Counted from the stretch's first letter, positions 13,932 to 26,629 are shown. The stretch is DNA of 64,000 nucleotides from Podarcis filfolensis (GCA_964270895.1 OZ185437.1), one strand, 5' to 3'. Made by a program: numbers and translations. The notes: generated by a model not told the origin, from the letters alone.

Positions 13932-16079
13932 GCTAAAAGCTGGAAAGATTTTTCCAATTTATCCACACACAATTAGAAATGTTATTTTCCCCAAAAGGCG
14001 TGTCTTAAAATTCTTGGTTTGTTCCTGGTTTTTTTTTAAAAAATATATAATAAAAAAATTAAAAATTGATTCTTCCAAGGAGGCGGCTGAAGGAAATCCC
14101 AGTGGCAGGAGAGCCTCTCACTGCAGTCTGCAGGAACAAAAAAACACACGCACAAGACAGAGAACAAGGCAAAACATCAGTTTTTCTCCAAGTTTCCACA
14201 CAAAGCGCGCCTATTTTACTTCCCTCCCTCTGTTTCCCTCTCATTTATTTGACTTTCAGATAAAGTCAAGCTGGAATATAATTTTATATACAGCTATGGC
14301 AGATCCTAACTAAGAAAAAAAACCCTCTCAAACGCGCAAGGAGGGAAGTAAAGCAATGGAAGGCTGTCAATTTAAAACAAAAAAAAGTGTCGAGGGGTTT
14401 CTTCCAAACACCTGGTCCAGGAGTAAGAAAACTTGTACTCGGAGTTAGGCAAGATTAGGTCTTAAAAAAGGTATACATGCACATACACACTCCGTATAAA
14501 TAGGGCTTTTTTTAAGGACAAAAGTCAAGCCTCTCCGACGCACACAAGATGGCGGAAATTCCCCCCACCCGCCAAGAAAAGGGGGGAAGTGGAATCAGAA
14601 AGTGACAGAGAGTGAAGAGGTGTAACCGGGCGGTGGAGTGGGAGTGGGGAAGGAGGTCTACTCCCCCCCCCACTCTTTTTTTTTAATAACTACAGCCATA
14701 TTGCCATACAATCGCCGAGGGGCTTCCAGGGGGTACAATACTCCGTGATGAGGAAGATAAAGCAATTATTTAAAAAGATAATTGGATTAAAAATCAAAAC
14801 GAGATACCAAAAAAGGGGGTAAGTATAATTAATCTGAAAGTGGGGAGAAAGAGACGCTTTAATTAGAAATGGCTAATGGCCTAAAAACAAACAGATTCCA
14901 GGAGCTGCTTTGAAATTCACGTTCCAAAGGCCCCCCCCCCGACTGACGGAAGAGCCGCGGAGGAAGGCAAAGGAAGACGACACAACAAAGTTGCCTAATT
15001 CTCGCATTCATTTCGGGTGGCGGAGAGTAGCGAAGACTGAAGGCAGGATCCTAGGCCCTCTTACTAAAGTAATAAAGTAAAATTTAGGCCAACGCAAACT
15101 GTCTTTCAACTACATGAGTAAGGATGGTGGCTTATACACTCGCAGAATCCCAGTATAGGCAAAACATTCAAGGTGCTGTAGCTGTTTTTAATTCTACAGC
15201 CCCTTAAAAGTTTTGCTGTTGTTCCTCGAAATTATATAATTCCAAGGATTTATAAGAGGGTTTCTGGGGGGATTTTGTAGGCATTTGTTTGTTTTTTTTT
15301 CTTAACTGAGAGAAACAGATATTTAGGTAAATTTTCCCATGTCCAGATCCAGCAGGTTCATTAGCCGATGGATTCCGCCGGAGACATGCACAAACAATAA
15401 GTTAGACAAACCAAGCAGATACAATAAAATAAAATCCCACATCCCGCAGCAGCAGATGGTGGTGGCATTAACCTCAATTAATTATTGGCCAGAAACCTTA
15501 ATTGGACCGCAGGCCATCCTGCTTCCAAAACCTATATTTATAGCAGAAAGATTACAAAACCAAACTAACTAAATAAATAAATAAGAAACAAGAGCAAGAA
15601 CTATGAAGTGGGATTTAAATTTAAGTTAATAATTTTTTCTTAGGCTGTAAAGGCCTATATATGCCAAATTAATTTAAGGCATTCCACACTCTTAAAACTG
15701 ATTAACCTGTTGCTGTTTCCCTTAAGTTTGGATTTGCTTTAAAGTTCTCCTTGGTTTGATTTGAGAAGGAAGGGATTTCTGCCTCTTCACGCGATTCAAA
15801 AAGTGAAAAGAAAGTCCATCTGCTTTACTTTAGCAGGCTGCGGTCCTAAGTGTACTGACAAGATTAAGGGCCTTTTGAAACCCGTGTGGTTTCCTTTAGA
15901 GGAAATAACATTGGGATTGGGCCTTAGACTTAGCCAAAACTTCAGCAACACGGAAATTTTTTTGTTTTGTTTTGACTTGGAGGATAGTTCCATTCTTCCA
16001 GCTCTACTTGCTTTAAAGTTTTCAAGACTGCAACTCTCTGAAACATCAACACTTTTGCTTATTTATTTCAGTTGCAAAC

Positions 16080-18100
16080 CCCCCCCAATGCGTTTTTCCG
16101 GGATCGCACTCGAATAAGCCTTTCAAACTATCTCCTAAACAGCGGCCCCTCAGCGCCTTCCTTGGGCGCTTTTAATTTCAGGAAAGGACAGTTGGAGCGA
16201 GAGATCTTCGGACGAGGCACCTCGAAGGAGGCCCAGGAATCCCGAGAGGGAGCTGGCCAGGCACCCCGGAGAAAGCGGAGGGAGGGAAGCCGGCGGGGGG
16301 GGGGGCGGCCAAAGGTCCTCCCGGACAGGCCCCGCGGCAGCGAAGATGCAGCAAGTCCACACTGCAACCAAACCCCAAAAGTCGACTCCCAACCCGGAGA
16401 GACGGAGCGGGGTCCCCCTTCGGAGCTCCGCCGCGACTCGCCGAGCAGCTTTCGTGGGGCGCGGAGCGAGCGAGAGAGGAGGCGGCCGGGCGCCAGAAGG
16501 TGTCAAGGGGGAGCGCGGGCGAGGGGGTCGCCCGGCCCGAGAGAAGCCGGCCAGGGCCCTCGGGGGCCGGGAGTCCCGTCGGGGCGAGCCCGCCAGCGGA
16601 GGAGAGCAGCGCCCGAGCGCCCTTGGCTGCCCGCTGCGCGCCCAGAGGCCGGGAGGGCCAGCGCGGACTCCGCACCTGAGGGAGCCCGAGGGGCGCGCCA
16701 GCTTCGCCCAGCCGGAGCCCCGTCCGGCCGCGGCTTTCCCTGCCGCGCAGCCCCTTCGCAGGCGGCCGAGGCAAGTTTCGAGGGAAGTTGGCGTTTCCTC
16801 CGCCGCCTCCCTCGCTCCCCGCGCGCGCGCCTTGGCCGGGCGAAGAGGCAGCGGGCGCAACTTCTGGCCGGGCCGGGGAAGGGGCTGCGGGGCGGCCAGG
16901 CGAGGAGGAGGAGGAGGAGGGAAGAGCCCGAGAAGGCAGCGCGCTCTTACCTTGCCGAGGCGGCGTCTCGCCCAGTTCTTAGGTGATTGGAAATGTAGCC
17001 CGATGAAGATTGATCACCTTTCCGCCGCCCTGCCCGGGTATGTGAGCGCCAGGCGAGTGCGTAACCCGGCCCCGCCAATCCCCGGCCTCGCCGCCGCTGA
17101 GTGACAGCCGCCCGGGCAATGGCAGCGCGGGATGAGCAGCTCCCTCGCACGCCCCCTCCCCGGCCGCGCGCGCACCCGGCCCAGCCCCGCGCGACTCCCG
17201 GCCAGGCTCCCTCGGGGCTCCGCGATCGACGCCCCCGGCCCGCCCCAGCCCCGCCCGGGACTCCCCTCGAAAGCGGGCCGGGGGGGAGGGAGGGAGGGGC
17301 GGGCGCGCGCAGGGCCAGTCCTTCCTCGCCGCGCTGCGCCCTCCTGCCCGGCAGGGGGGGGAGAGCCTTGGCCCCGGGCCCCTCGCCCCGCACTTCCCGC
17401 GCGGCCTGAGGATGCCCTCTCCCCGGGTCGCTCCCTTCCGCCCTCCGCTCCCAGGTGCGCTTCTCCCCGCCGGCCTTTCTTCGTCGCCTCCTTTAAATCC
17501 GAGCCGCCTTGCTCTTCCTCCAAAGGAAGTTTGCTGCGCCTGATCTCGGGCGCTTCTACAGCCCGCAGGTCCCATTCACTTCGGTGCCCGACAAGTTTTC
17601 GCGGAAGTCCCGCGAGGGAGAGTCAGCCGGACTCCGGAGTCCCGAGTTGGGCTCCGACCAGGCCAGATGGACCCCTGTTTCCCGCTCTAAATTCTGGGAA
17701 GGCAGGTTTCTGGGGAGAGCAAGGGATGTCCAAGGGGGGTGTATTTCAAGGGAGAAGACAAACGCCGAGAACCAGTAGACGCCTCGATACATCTATCTCC
17801 ACGGATTACTTCGAATCTATAATTCCACAGGGCAAAGGTCGAAGTACAGGATGCGGGGGGGGGTGCGCCAGTCCCCCCCGCCCTTTTTGTGCCTTATGGA
17901 TCCCACAAGTGACCTGCGCGCCCGTTTGCTTGGGCTTCTCCAATCTGCGCGTCGCGCGGCTGCTGGAAACCTGTTGCCGGCCAGTTGCCAGGCGGGCTGC
18001 GCGCAGCAGCCTAGACCAGTCCCGGCAGCCTCCGGAGTCCGTCTCTCGGGGACCCGGGAGGCGTCTCTCGGACTTGGTAAGTGTCTGAGGCCGAGGACGA
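16080..18100. promoter_or_regulatory. OTX1 promoter CpG island with GC box (17068-17076) and CCAAT (17075-17079)
   Basis: Very high GC and CpG content; the motifs lie ~25-35 bp upstream of the inferred TSS. Confidence 0.8.
16951..17043 (-). other. OTX1: OTX1 non-coding first exon (5'UTR)
   Basis: ACATACCCGGG...AAAGGTGATCAATCTTCATCGGGCTACATTTCCAATCACCTAA resembles my recollection of the mammalian OTX1 mRNA 5' end. Ends in a strong donor AAG|GTAAGAG. TSS position is inferred. Confidence 0.8.
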
Positions 18101-19799
18101 CAACTTTAATCAAACATAATCCGAAGTGAGCGCTGATTCTAAGTGTATTTGTGGAACAGTAAGTGCCCGCGAAATAAAGTAAATTTGCTCCCAACGACCT
18201 TTTGCTAAGAGTGTTACACAAAAGTTCAAAGGGCGTCAGTGGGTCCTCCTGCCAAGTAAGTTTCCTCAGGATGCGGGCATAAGCATAAACGTTGTTAAAA
18301 TGCGCAGATGGCAGCCCAGATTGGTTATATCTATACCTACTCTATATCATATTCTACAGCGCATTTCAGTTGCTAGTCGCCAGCCTGCAGACGCCGCACG
18401 CGCATCCATCCACAACACACACCTTCTAAGCGCACAGAGTGCGCGCCACGTCGAGGGTATCTAGTTCATTATCATAAATATTAATAGACACGAATCCTTT
18501 ACAAAGAATTATTTCTTCCCCCCTTTTTAAAGGAGAGAAGTTTTAATAGAAAAAAAACTTCTGAACATACAAAGAGTAAAGTGCAAAGGAATTATAATCA
18601 TCATCATGGTTTTTTCAAAGGGGAAAGAAACCCTCCGAATCAACTGGTTGCTAACAAACTGAATGAAAGCGAGGTCAGGAAGGGATTGGTGGCCGCCGCT
18701 TCAAAGTGAGGGTCCTCTAACCCGCTGCCCCCGCTCCGCTTTCCCCTTTTTCCGTGAGACACTTTCCCTTTGGAGTCCCAATGAAACACGGTAACAGAAT
18801 ATGAGGGAAGCACACTGTTTCTTTAACTGCTTCTCAAAGGATCCGGGAGATCTTCTTAGGACCTTTAATAAGGCTTTGGTGCGGTCCTTTTGTTGATCTC
18901 TCAAAATCAACTCCTTCTAATTGAAGCTGGAGCTGAAAGCGAGCTAATGTTCAAAGGGAGTGACCGCCGCAGTCCTGACGAAATTACATTTTTCCCCCAT
19001 TGAGGGGGACATCTAATCAAAGTGGACTGGCGGAGAGGCGAAAGAGAGGGAGAGAGGGAGAGAAATGAGGTTTACAAGATCCTTCTATAGCCCACAAAAG
19101 TCAGCGACACGGGCACTTCTCCTCAGAACAAAAGCCGCCGCAGCCCATTCACAAAAAGTAGAAAGATGGGGCAGGCAAAAGAAGGTGGGGGAGAGGAGTG
19201 GAAGCGGGGAGTTCTCGCTGGGACCAGTACCTTGGCCAAAGTATGGGAGACCATTATCCGCGGGGGACCTCCGAGCTTTGTGGGGGTTCTTTTCTTCTTT
19301 AGTGTCAGGCTCCAGAAATAGCCCCATCAGTGGATTATGGAGTCAGAAAAGCGGTCCTTCTGCTCACCCCTCCTCAAAATTCAGAATTAGCTTTCATCTC
19401 CCCTTTCCCTCTACAATAAAGCAGATTGTGCGGGTGTGTGTGTACTGTTTTGTTGTGTTGGGATCCTGATGCTGAGCCGGGCAGGCAGATTCCTCAGGAA
19501 CGCGTTCCTTTGGCCTCCTCAGAGTCAGATTTGGAGTCTGGCAGCCGCCTGCCTCCGTCTCAAGCTTCGGATGATGCGATCAAGTCTAGTGAAAAGCTCA
19601 GAGTATCAAGTAGCACTAAACCCCTACGCTTTACTTCTCTCTCTCTCTTTCTGTGTTTTCCCCCTCCCTCCCCCTGTAATAAGAGTATTTGTCTAATCCC
19701 AAATTGCAGGCGAATTTCCTTAATGCTCAGCCCATAAAACCCATGGATTAAGGGCAGGAAAGGGGGGCACGAGCAACTCTCAGAGCCAGAGAGAAGCCA

Positions 19800-21460
19800 G
19801 GGAGACACGGACACAAAAAAGTTTAGTATGTGGCGGGGGAGACGCGGAAGATGCGGGTCTCGCTACTTTCCCTCTCTCTCTCCTGCAAACCTTCAGGTGC
19901 GGAGAGACTAAACCGGCAGCGGTCGCAGACTCGCAGGAGGAAGCCGAGGCGATCTTGGGCCGCAGGTTCGGGGCGCGCAGAAATACGGCCTAAGGCTTTT
20001 GCCTCTTTCTCGAGACACCCGCTTGGAAAGACCTTCTCCAGTCCGGCGCTGCTCCCCCGCCCCGGCCTGGTCGGCACCTTTTGGGAACCAGCTGGCGTCG
20101 AGCAGGGGCTCCCACTCAGGTGGCCCTAACTTGGCAGGCGCAGGTAAGGGAAGGGAAGGCGCCGCAGCGAGACGAGGGGGGGGGGGGGCAACAGAGGCGT
20201 GAGAGCTGGAGATGATGGTCGCCGCCGTCCTGTGGTGGGTGGGGTGATCGTGCATTTTGGAGGCAAGGGGTCCCCAGGCGAGGGGGAAAGGGACACACAT
20301 CCATCCATCTCTCTCTCTCGCCTCGCTCAGCAGCCAGCCTGCCTCTGGCGCGCAACTCTGCATTTCCAAAGTTCAGCTCCCTTTTTAGGTGTTCCCTGCT
20401 GCCTTGGTGTTCGTTTTGTTTTGATGCAAACGCCTACTAGTTATAGCTCCGGGAAAGAGGCAGGCGCCTCTCTCCTAAGCAAGAAGTTTTCTCGTGAGCG
20501 AAGGGTTTCCTAGATAACCAATGACTCTAGAGTTTTAGGATGGACTCCGGATGGTGGAGAGCTCTCCCCGCTCTTCGAAGGAAAATCCGGGGAGGCGCCC
20601 TCCCTTCCCTTCGGCAGTCCAGCCGCTTGAAAGAGAAGGAAGTGGCTGTGAGTCCCGGCAAGAGGGCCCAGAGCCGGGGCGAAATAAGCCCCCCAATGCT
20701 GGAGGGGCCACACCAAAGCTGAGCCCGAAAGTTACCTGGAAGCAAAGTTCCAGGGAGTCTGCGGCACTTCCTTCTCCAAAGGATTGCTTTTCAGGGACTT
20801 GTTGGGCTGTGCAAAATTCGTAGCTCGCTTTCCTCTCATCTCCCTCCCTCTCAGAGCATCTAAAAAAGTTTTCCCAACTGTGAATTTAAAAGAGAAGCAA
20901 ACGCCAAACGCGGCAGTTAGTAAGCAGAGCCTCTTCCGACGAGAGTTAGGGGTTCAGTAAAGAACCCCCGTTTGTGCCAACACCGCCCTTTCCCTTCAGC
21001 CCTGGAAAGCCTCACCAAGCAAACCCCATTATCCGGGGCCCCTTTCAGCTTGGCTAGGGACAGGCCTGGCTGCTGTGTCCTGGCGGGTCACCTTTCCAGG
21101 CCGCCCCGGGGGTCAGCTGAGTTTCCAGCGGGGTCCCTGCAGGGCTCCGCCTTCCTGCCCGCGCCCTTTCACCACCCCCGCCAGAAAGCGGCAGAAATCC
21201 CTCCCGCCCTTCGACTGGTCCTACGCGAAGTCCAGCGAGAGGCCAGGAAACCCAGGCAGCGCCCCAGGGCCGGGAGAGGCGCTCGCCGCCCAGCCCCGCA
21301 AACGAGCCCAGTCGCGAGCCATTTCCCCAAGAGCCAGAGCGGGCGCCGGGCGTACAGACGCCCACCTTGACCCGGAGGCTGCGGGCCGAGCCCGCTTTGG
21401 GTGTCGCCGGAGGAGCCGCGCGGCGAGATCTCCGGATGGCAGAGAGAGATGCAACAAAAG
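19800..21460. promoter_or_regulatory. Upstream CpG island(s) between the EHBP1 3' end and OTX1
   Basis: CpG-rich and free of recognisable TEs; typical of developmental transcription-factor loci. Boundaries approximate. Confidence 0.65.
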
Positions 21461-22934
21461 AGGAAGGTCGGAAGCGGAGCAGATTGCTGGCCGCAAATTA
21501 ATAAATTCTAACCTGACTCTCGCAAAGCACCAAAGCGAATTAACCTGCATTATGACAAACAAGGAGAAAGGTCTCCCCCTTCTCTCTCCCTCTCGGCCCA
21601 AATTAGCAGCGGCTTTTAAAGGCAGACGGTGGAATTTGTTAGCTTTGCAGGATGGCAAGGAAAAAAGCTTGGGGAGGGAGGCGGGAGAGAAGGATTGTGG
21701 GAGAAAGAGAGACTTGGAAAGGGGGAGGAGAGACGGGAACCGAGGGAGGGTGGAGGGGAGAACAGGAGGGAGAGATTCTGGCCCGAATTTCATCCAGTAG
21801 TCGGCGAAGATAAGAGGTTTAATTCATTTAGCATATGAACGCCCTCAGAAAGCGATTCCCATTATGGATACATCCAAAGGCACAAGGCGCAGGTCCCTCG
21901 TATTTACACTGGCACTTGTTATCATTTAACCGGATTATTCACGATGTGGATTTTGTAACATATCGGGGATTCTCCTTGTGCCGCTTTCTGTTTTGCCTGC
22001 CTCCCAGTACAAGACCCTGAGCTGGATCCGAGAAGCGCGCGCTCTCTCGCTCGCTCTCCTCTTCTCCATCTCCCCTCCCACCGCTGCCCAAGGAGTTTGC
22101 ATTGGTTGGATCACCTAGGCTTCTCAGGAAGAGCAGAATCAACAAGAACCCCGTTTGTGAGGCCTGCTAGTAACTTTTCCCCACAGCAAAATTTATTATT
22201 AAACAATATTTTTAAAAAGCACAGCACAGTTTCTGCAATTACTTGTTAAGCAAACTCAGCTCAGATTGAAATGGCACAACCTGCCTTTTATCTTATTTGA
22301 AAATTTTAATAAAGTGCCTCCAACCTCTCCAGACAGAAAACCCCAGCTCCTTAGGCAAAACTCTTGTCCACCTTAATCACAGCTATCCTGTGATCACCTC
22401 CCTGAATTCCATGTAGACGCAGTAAAAAATGCAGGAGTTTGCATTGCCCATCTGGTTAATTAGGTTAAAACGTGGGGCTGACACAAACTTTAAACAACAG
22501 CTTAGTAGAGCTGTTCGAAGGCAATGCTACGGCAAATATTTGTATATGAAACACCAACGTAGAAAACATTGGTGCAACAGTATTGGAGCCAGAAAACTTG
22601 AAAAACAAAACATGCCCCCACCTCAGTTTGTTCCTATTTCTCAGTCAACATTCGTCAGAAAGCTAAACATAAAGTATGTAAAAGTAGATTTACAGTGCAA
22701 TCCTACACTCAGAATGAAACCAGACTGAGTTCAGTGTGACTTACTCCCAAGTAAATGTGCATAGTTTTGCGGTCTTATTTAGTTTTGCACAGATGTTATG
22801 TCTAAAAATAATAGCTATGAAGTTATGCCATAAAAACATTCATGAGAAATATCAAGATTATTATTATTATTTTTTTTAAAAAAAGGTTTTGTAAGAAAAG
22901 GAGACCACCAGAGTTATGGTAAGAAAGATCCAGC

Positions 22935-22940
22935 TTTATT
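22935..22940 (-). terminator. Probable EHBP1 poly(A) signal
   Basis: tttatt on +, ~950 nt downstream of the stop, at the end of an AU-rich 3'UTR. An alternative AATAAA lies at 22192-22197. Confidence 0.6.
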
Positions 22941-23885
22941 GAAAATTTATACATAACTCAGTATTGTAATAAATAAATGTAACAGTTTCCACAAAAATGA
23001 GTGGGATGCTAGTGAAGGATATATTAACTTGCAAGGGGATTTTGCAGATAATGGCAAGACAGGCCCCCGATGGATACACAATAAATATTAACAGCATTGT
23101 GGAGCCAGAATGCAGAGGTTGAACAAAATGAAGAGAAGGGAGCTAAACTAAGAGGTAAATAAATAATTAATAAAAATGGAATTGCCTCTAAAGATGATTT
23201 TTTTTGTAAACTGATCACACTTCAGTCGGTCTCATCATTACAATCACTTATTCAGATCACAAGGCTTTTGAAAGATATAGGTTAAAAAACCTTCTCTCTG
23301 AGCACATCAAAAAGTCTTAAATTTATAATTAAAATAAAAATGTGAAACTGCTGCTGAAATAAACATTGGTAAATATAGCGCATCGTAATAAATGGTCTGA
23401 GTATAATCTATCTAAACAATTTTAGGTAGCATATTAAGTATTACACACAACAGGACTGGATGAAATCATTCAAAATTATTTTTGTCTTCTCTCCCTCTGC
23501 AGTATTATTACATAAAAGAATGTATTTGAAAGTTATTTCAACAAAAGATTAAAAAGCCAGGGTTTCCCCCCTTCTTAAACAACCCAGGTGTTGCCACAAC
23601 ATTTGAATGCAGACTTATTTAAAAACATGTAAAAATTTTGTCTAAGTCTGCAAGTAAATCAGGGAGAAAGGTGATTTTGAAGGAATATTGCTTGAATCGG
23701 AACATGTGGGGTGAGGGAATAAGAAAACAATTTGGGGTAAAGCTGGTCTAGTCAAATGGAAGGTTTAAACATTTTCTGAAGTTTATTATTTGAGATTTTG
23801 TCTTTTTAGTCTTGTGTCAGTATTTCCAAAATGTAAGAAGGGTTAAGCTATAAAACACAACAGTATCTTGCCCCATGAAAGCTAG

Positions 23886-23976
23886 TCACTGAAGGACACA
23901 TTTCTCTTCTTTCTTGGCCATCTTTCCTTTGTTTTGCTCTAGGGTCCTTTCCAAATGCTCATCTTCCTCTTCGGCC
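23886..23976 (-). CDS. EHBP1: EHBP1 last coding exon ((Q)AEEEDEHLERTLEQNKGKMAKKEEKCVLQ*), CaaX prenylation motif
   Basis: Manual translation matches the EHBP1 C-terminus. Acceptor gtttggtttcccag|; TGA at 23886-23888. Confidence 0.97.
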
Positions 23977-24339
23977 CTGGGAAACCAAACACAATTGTCA
24001 TCAGTTTCCCTAATAAAGCTCTACTTCACACGTCAATGCAATAGGTATTGCACAGAACCTCTCAGAAATTCAAGTCCCAACTACTATTCACTTAAGGGAC
24101 CCTGGGCGGTGAGAAAGGGAAGGGAGGGCTTGTCATCTGACTGGATGGGTAAGAGCTAGGAGGACAGTCATTACTGGAACCTAGGACTGCACAGAATTTC
24201 TACAAATGGAAGTGCTTTAGCACTGGATTGTTGACTTTTCTTCGAAGTTTCCTTTCTTGAATGGTACTAGATGAAACAAGGCTACCATGCAGGAAAAGCA
24301 CACTCCCGTTAGAGATGTTGGCCAAGATACAAAACTTAC

Positions 24340-24454
24340 TGTTTTTCTTGAGCATCTAAATCTCTGACCAGTGCATCACGTTTATTAACAAGAATAACAA
24401 GCTCATCGAGCAAAAGCTGCTCTCTCCTCTTCTGGGCTTCGGTCTTTTGCCAGT
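24340..24454 (-). CDS. EHBP1: EHBP1 exon, bMERB domain ((D)[37 protein letters not shown](Q))
   Basis: 115 nt; acceptor ttttcag|, donor |gtaagt; phases join both neighbouring exons. Confidence 0.97.
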
Positions 24455-24904
24455 CTGAAAAGAAAAGAAAGAAATCCAGAACTGCGTGCTTTGAAAGCTT
24501 AACTTACGTATGATCTAAACAAATCAGTGCCAGATCATTGGCCTCCACAATAAAGCCTCTTCCTTTGTAGGGACCAATAAGTGTCATTTCATTTCACATT
24601 CCTATGGATTTGTGTAACTTTAAACTGCCGAGACTCTCAGTTGATGACTTCAAGTTATAGCTTGATGGGGAAGGGTGGGAAGATGGATAAATCGGACCCA
24701 ATAATTTTATGTTTTCCAACATTAGAGTCTAGGGCATATTTAAAAATGTTCCAATTGTATGAAAACACACTAGTGTGGAGTGAATGGAATCAATTTTCTA
24801 GCTCCCAGTTTGGAAATTAGGAAACTTGATGATTTGCCTTTATGTGCCCATTTTGCATATCAGTCTGTCTAGGCAAAAACAACAACAACCCACACAGTGT
24901 GTGC

Positions 24905-24905
<1 letters not shown>

Positions 24906-24935
<30 letters not shown>

Positions 24936-24938
24936 TGT
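24906..24938. repeat. (ATGT)n microsatellite
   Basis: Tandem atgt units seen directly. Confidence 0.9.
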
Positions 24939-26629
24939 AGGAAACATACAGGAAAAATTACAGGAATTGAAACAGGAAAAATTACAGACAAAAAGCCAGC
25001 TAAAGCAAATAGAAAAACACTTTTCTTAATCTCACTGTAACCTCCTCTCCCCTCCAAATAGCCTATTCTTTGCTAATTTCTTTCTTGCTACATCTTAGCT
25101 GTTGGAAATGCCTCACACTGGGCACCAGATGCTTCAGAATAACTTTAAAAGTGAGTATCAGATAATCAGCATTTTTCTTTGAGGTAAAAACACATCTGCT
25201 AGACAGTATTACACAGCTTCTTCCATAGTTGTTCAAACTGTTTGGCAGCTTGCGTAATAGCTGAATCTTAGGCCTTTATCTAGGAAACAATTCCAAATTT
25301 GGTTGTTGTTGAAGTTTTTTTTAAAAAAAGGTGGAGTACAGATCTACACTCATTTCTTTCACTTCTTCAGTTTTGCTTTAGTTTGTTATTCAAAGATGCT
25401 GCAGAAAGAGGGAGGCTCTCTCATACAGGTATTTCCTTTTGGTGTTGTATTGTCTCTTATTTTTATAAGGCAGTGTTTCATTAAAAAGGGCACATTTAAC
25501 ACTGGAGCCCTCCTCAAGCTCTGAACCAACTGCTCTCCAGGCCAGACTGCAAGGGCCTGCATCTGTCAATCAACCTCCAGTCTGCCCCGCCTCCCTCATT
25601 AGGAAGGTAAACAATGAAAAGAAGGAGAAATAGATGATGAAGGAGATAGCAGAACAAATGAGAGGGAAACAGGACACTGGCTTTAAAAGAAAACTCCATC
25701 ACTTCTGACTCATGTGGTGTCCTCTCCTCAATCAACTTTCTAAAAAACAACAACCAACAACACAAAAAACCAGAGGCAAGACAGTGCAACCCNNNNNNNN
25801 NNNNNNNNNNNNNNNNNNNNNNNNNNNNNNNNNNNNNNNNNNNNNNNNNNNNNNNNNNNNNNNNNNNNNNNNNNNNNNNNNNNNNNNNNNNNNNNNNNNN
25901 NNNNNNNNNNNNNNNNNNNNNNNNNNNNNNNNNNNNNNNNNNNNNNNNNNNNNNNNNNNNNNNNNNNNNNNNNNNNNNNNNNNNNNNNTCAGAAGCTTTA
26001 TGAAAGCAAGTGGTGCTAGAGTGAATTCAGTCTTGTATTTACAAATTAAAAATTAGATGCAGGCTCATCCAATAAAGGTTAGAACAGCAGTAAAAAGCCA
26101 TTCTATAAATTGCCTCCCCAATATACACAGTATATGTAGACTAACAGTGACATAGAGAAAATATACTCCCTCACACACAGCTGCAGAAAACAACAAATGT
26201 ATCTGTAAAAACTACATCCTAGACACTGTGTTTACATGAAAGGACTCCAACAAAGTTTTCAGCATATTTTTGTTGTTGCCACTACTGTATTTATTTAATA
26301 ACAGCATTTACAGGCTGCCCAGTAGCAGACGATTTCTACTAGTAATGATATACCTACATTTCAACAACTAGTTAGCACCAAAAATCTGAAAGGCACCAAC
26401 TCCCTCTGCTTTCAAAAATATGCATAATTTCTTAGCTGTTCATAATTTGTTGAGATCTTACATTTGAATGCATGTATTCAGAGTGGCAAAATAAAGCAAG
26501 AGCACGTGTCATTTATGGCTTAAATATAACAATTCTCCAAAAATGATACGATACAATTCTCTAAGAATTCAAACATATTGTTTGAAATAAATTTCTTTTA
26601 TAGGGCAAATGATCCCATGATACTTGGGC

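Noticed and set aside
16072-18088. 200-318 aa ORFs on both strands in the promoter island
   Set aside because: Stop-codon depletion from very high GC; several frames are open at once and no domain is recognisable.
21075-21800. ORFs 21075-21800 + and 21221-21793 -
   Set aside because: GC-rich, start without ATG, no homology recognised.
25514-25789. Minus-strand ORF in an EHBP1 intron as a possible extra exon
   Set aside because: Flanking exons already join in phase to give the known EHBP1 sequence; no matching peptide.
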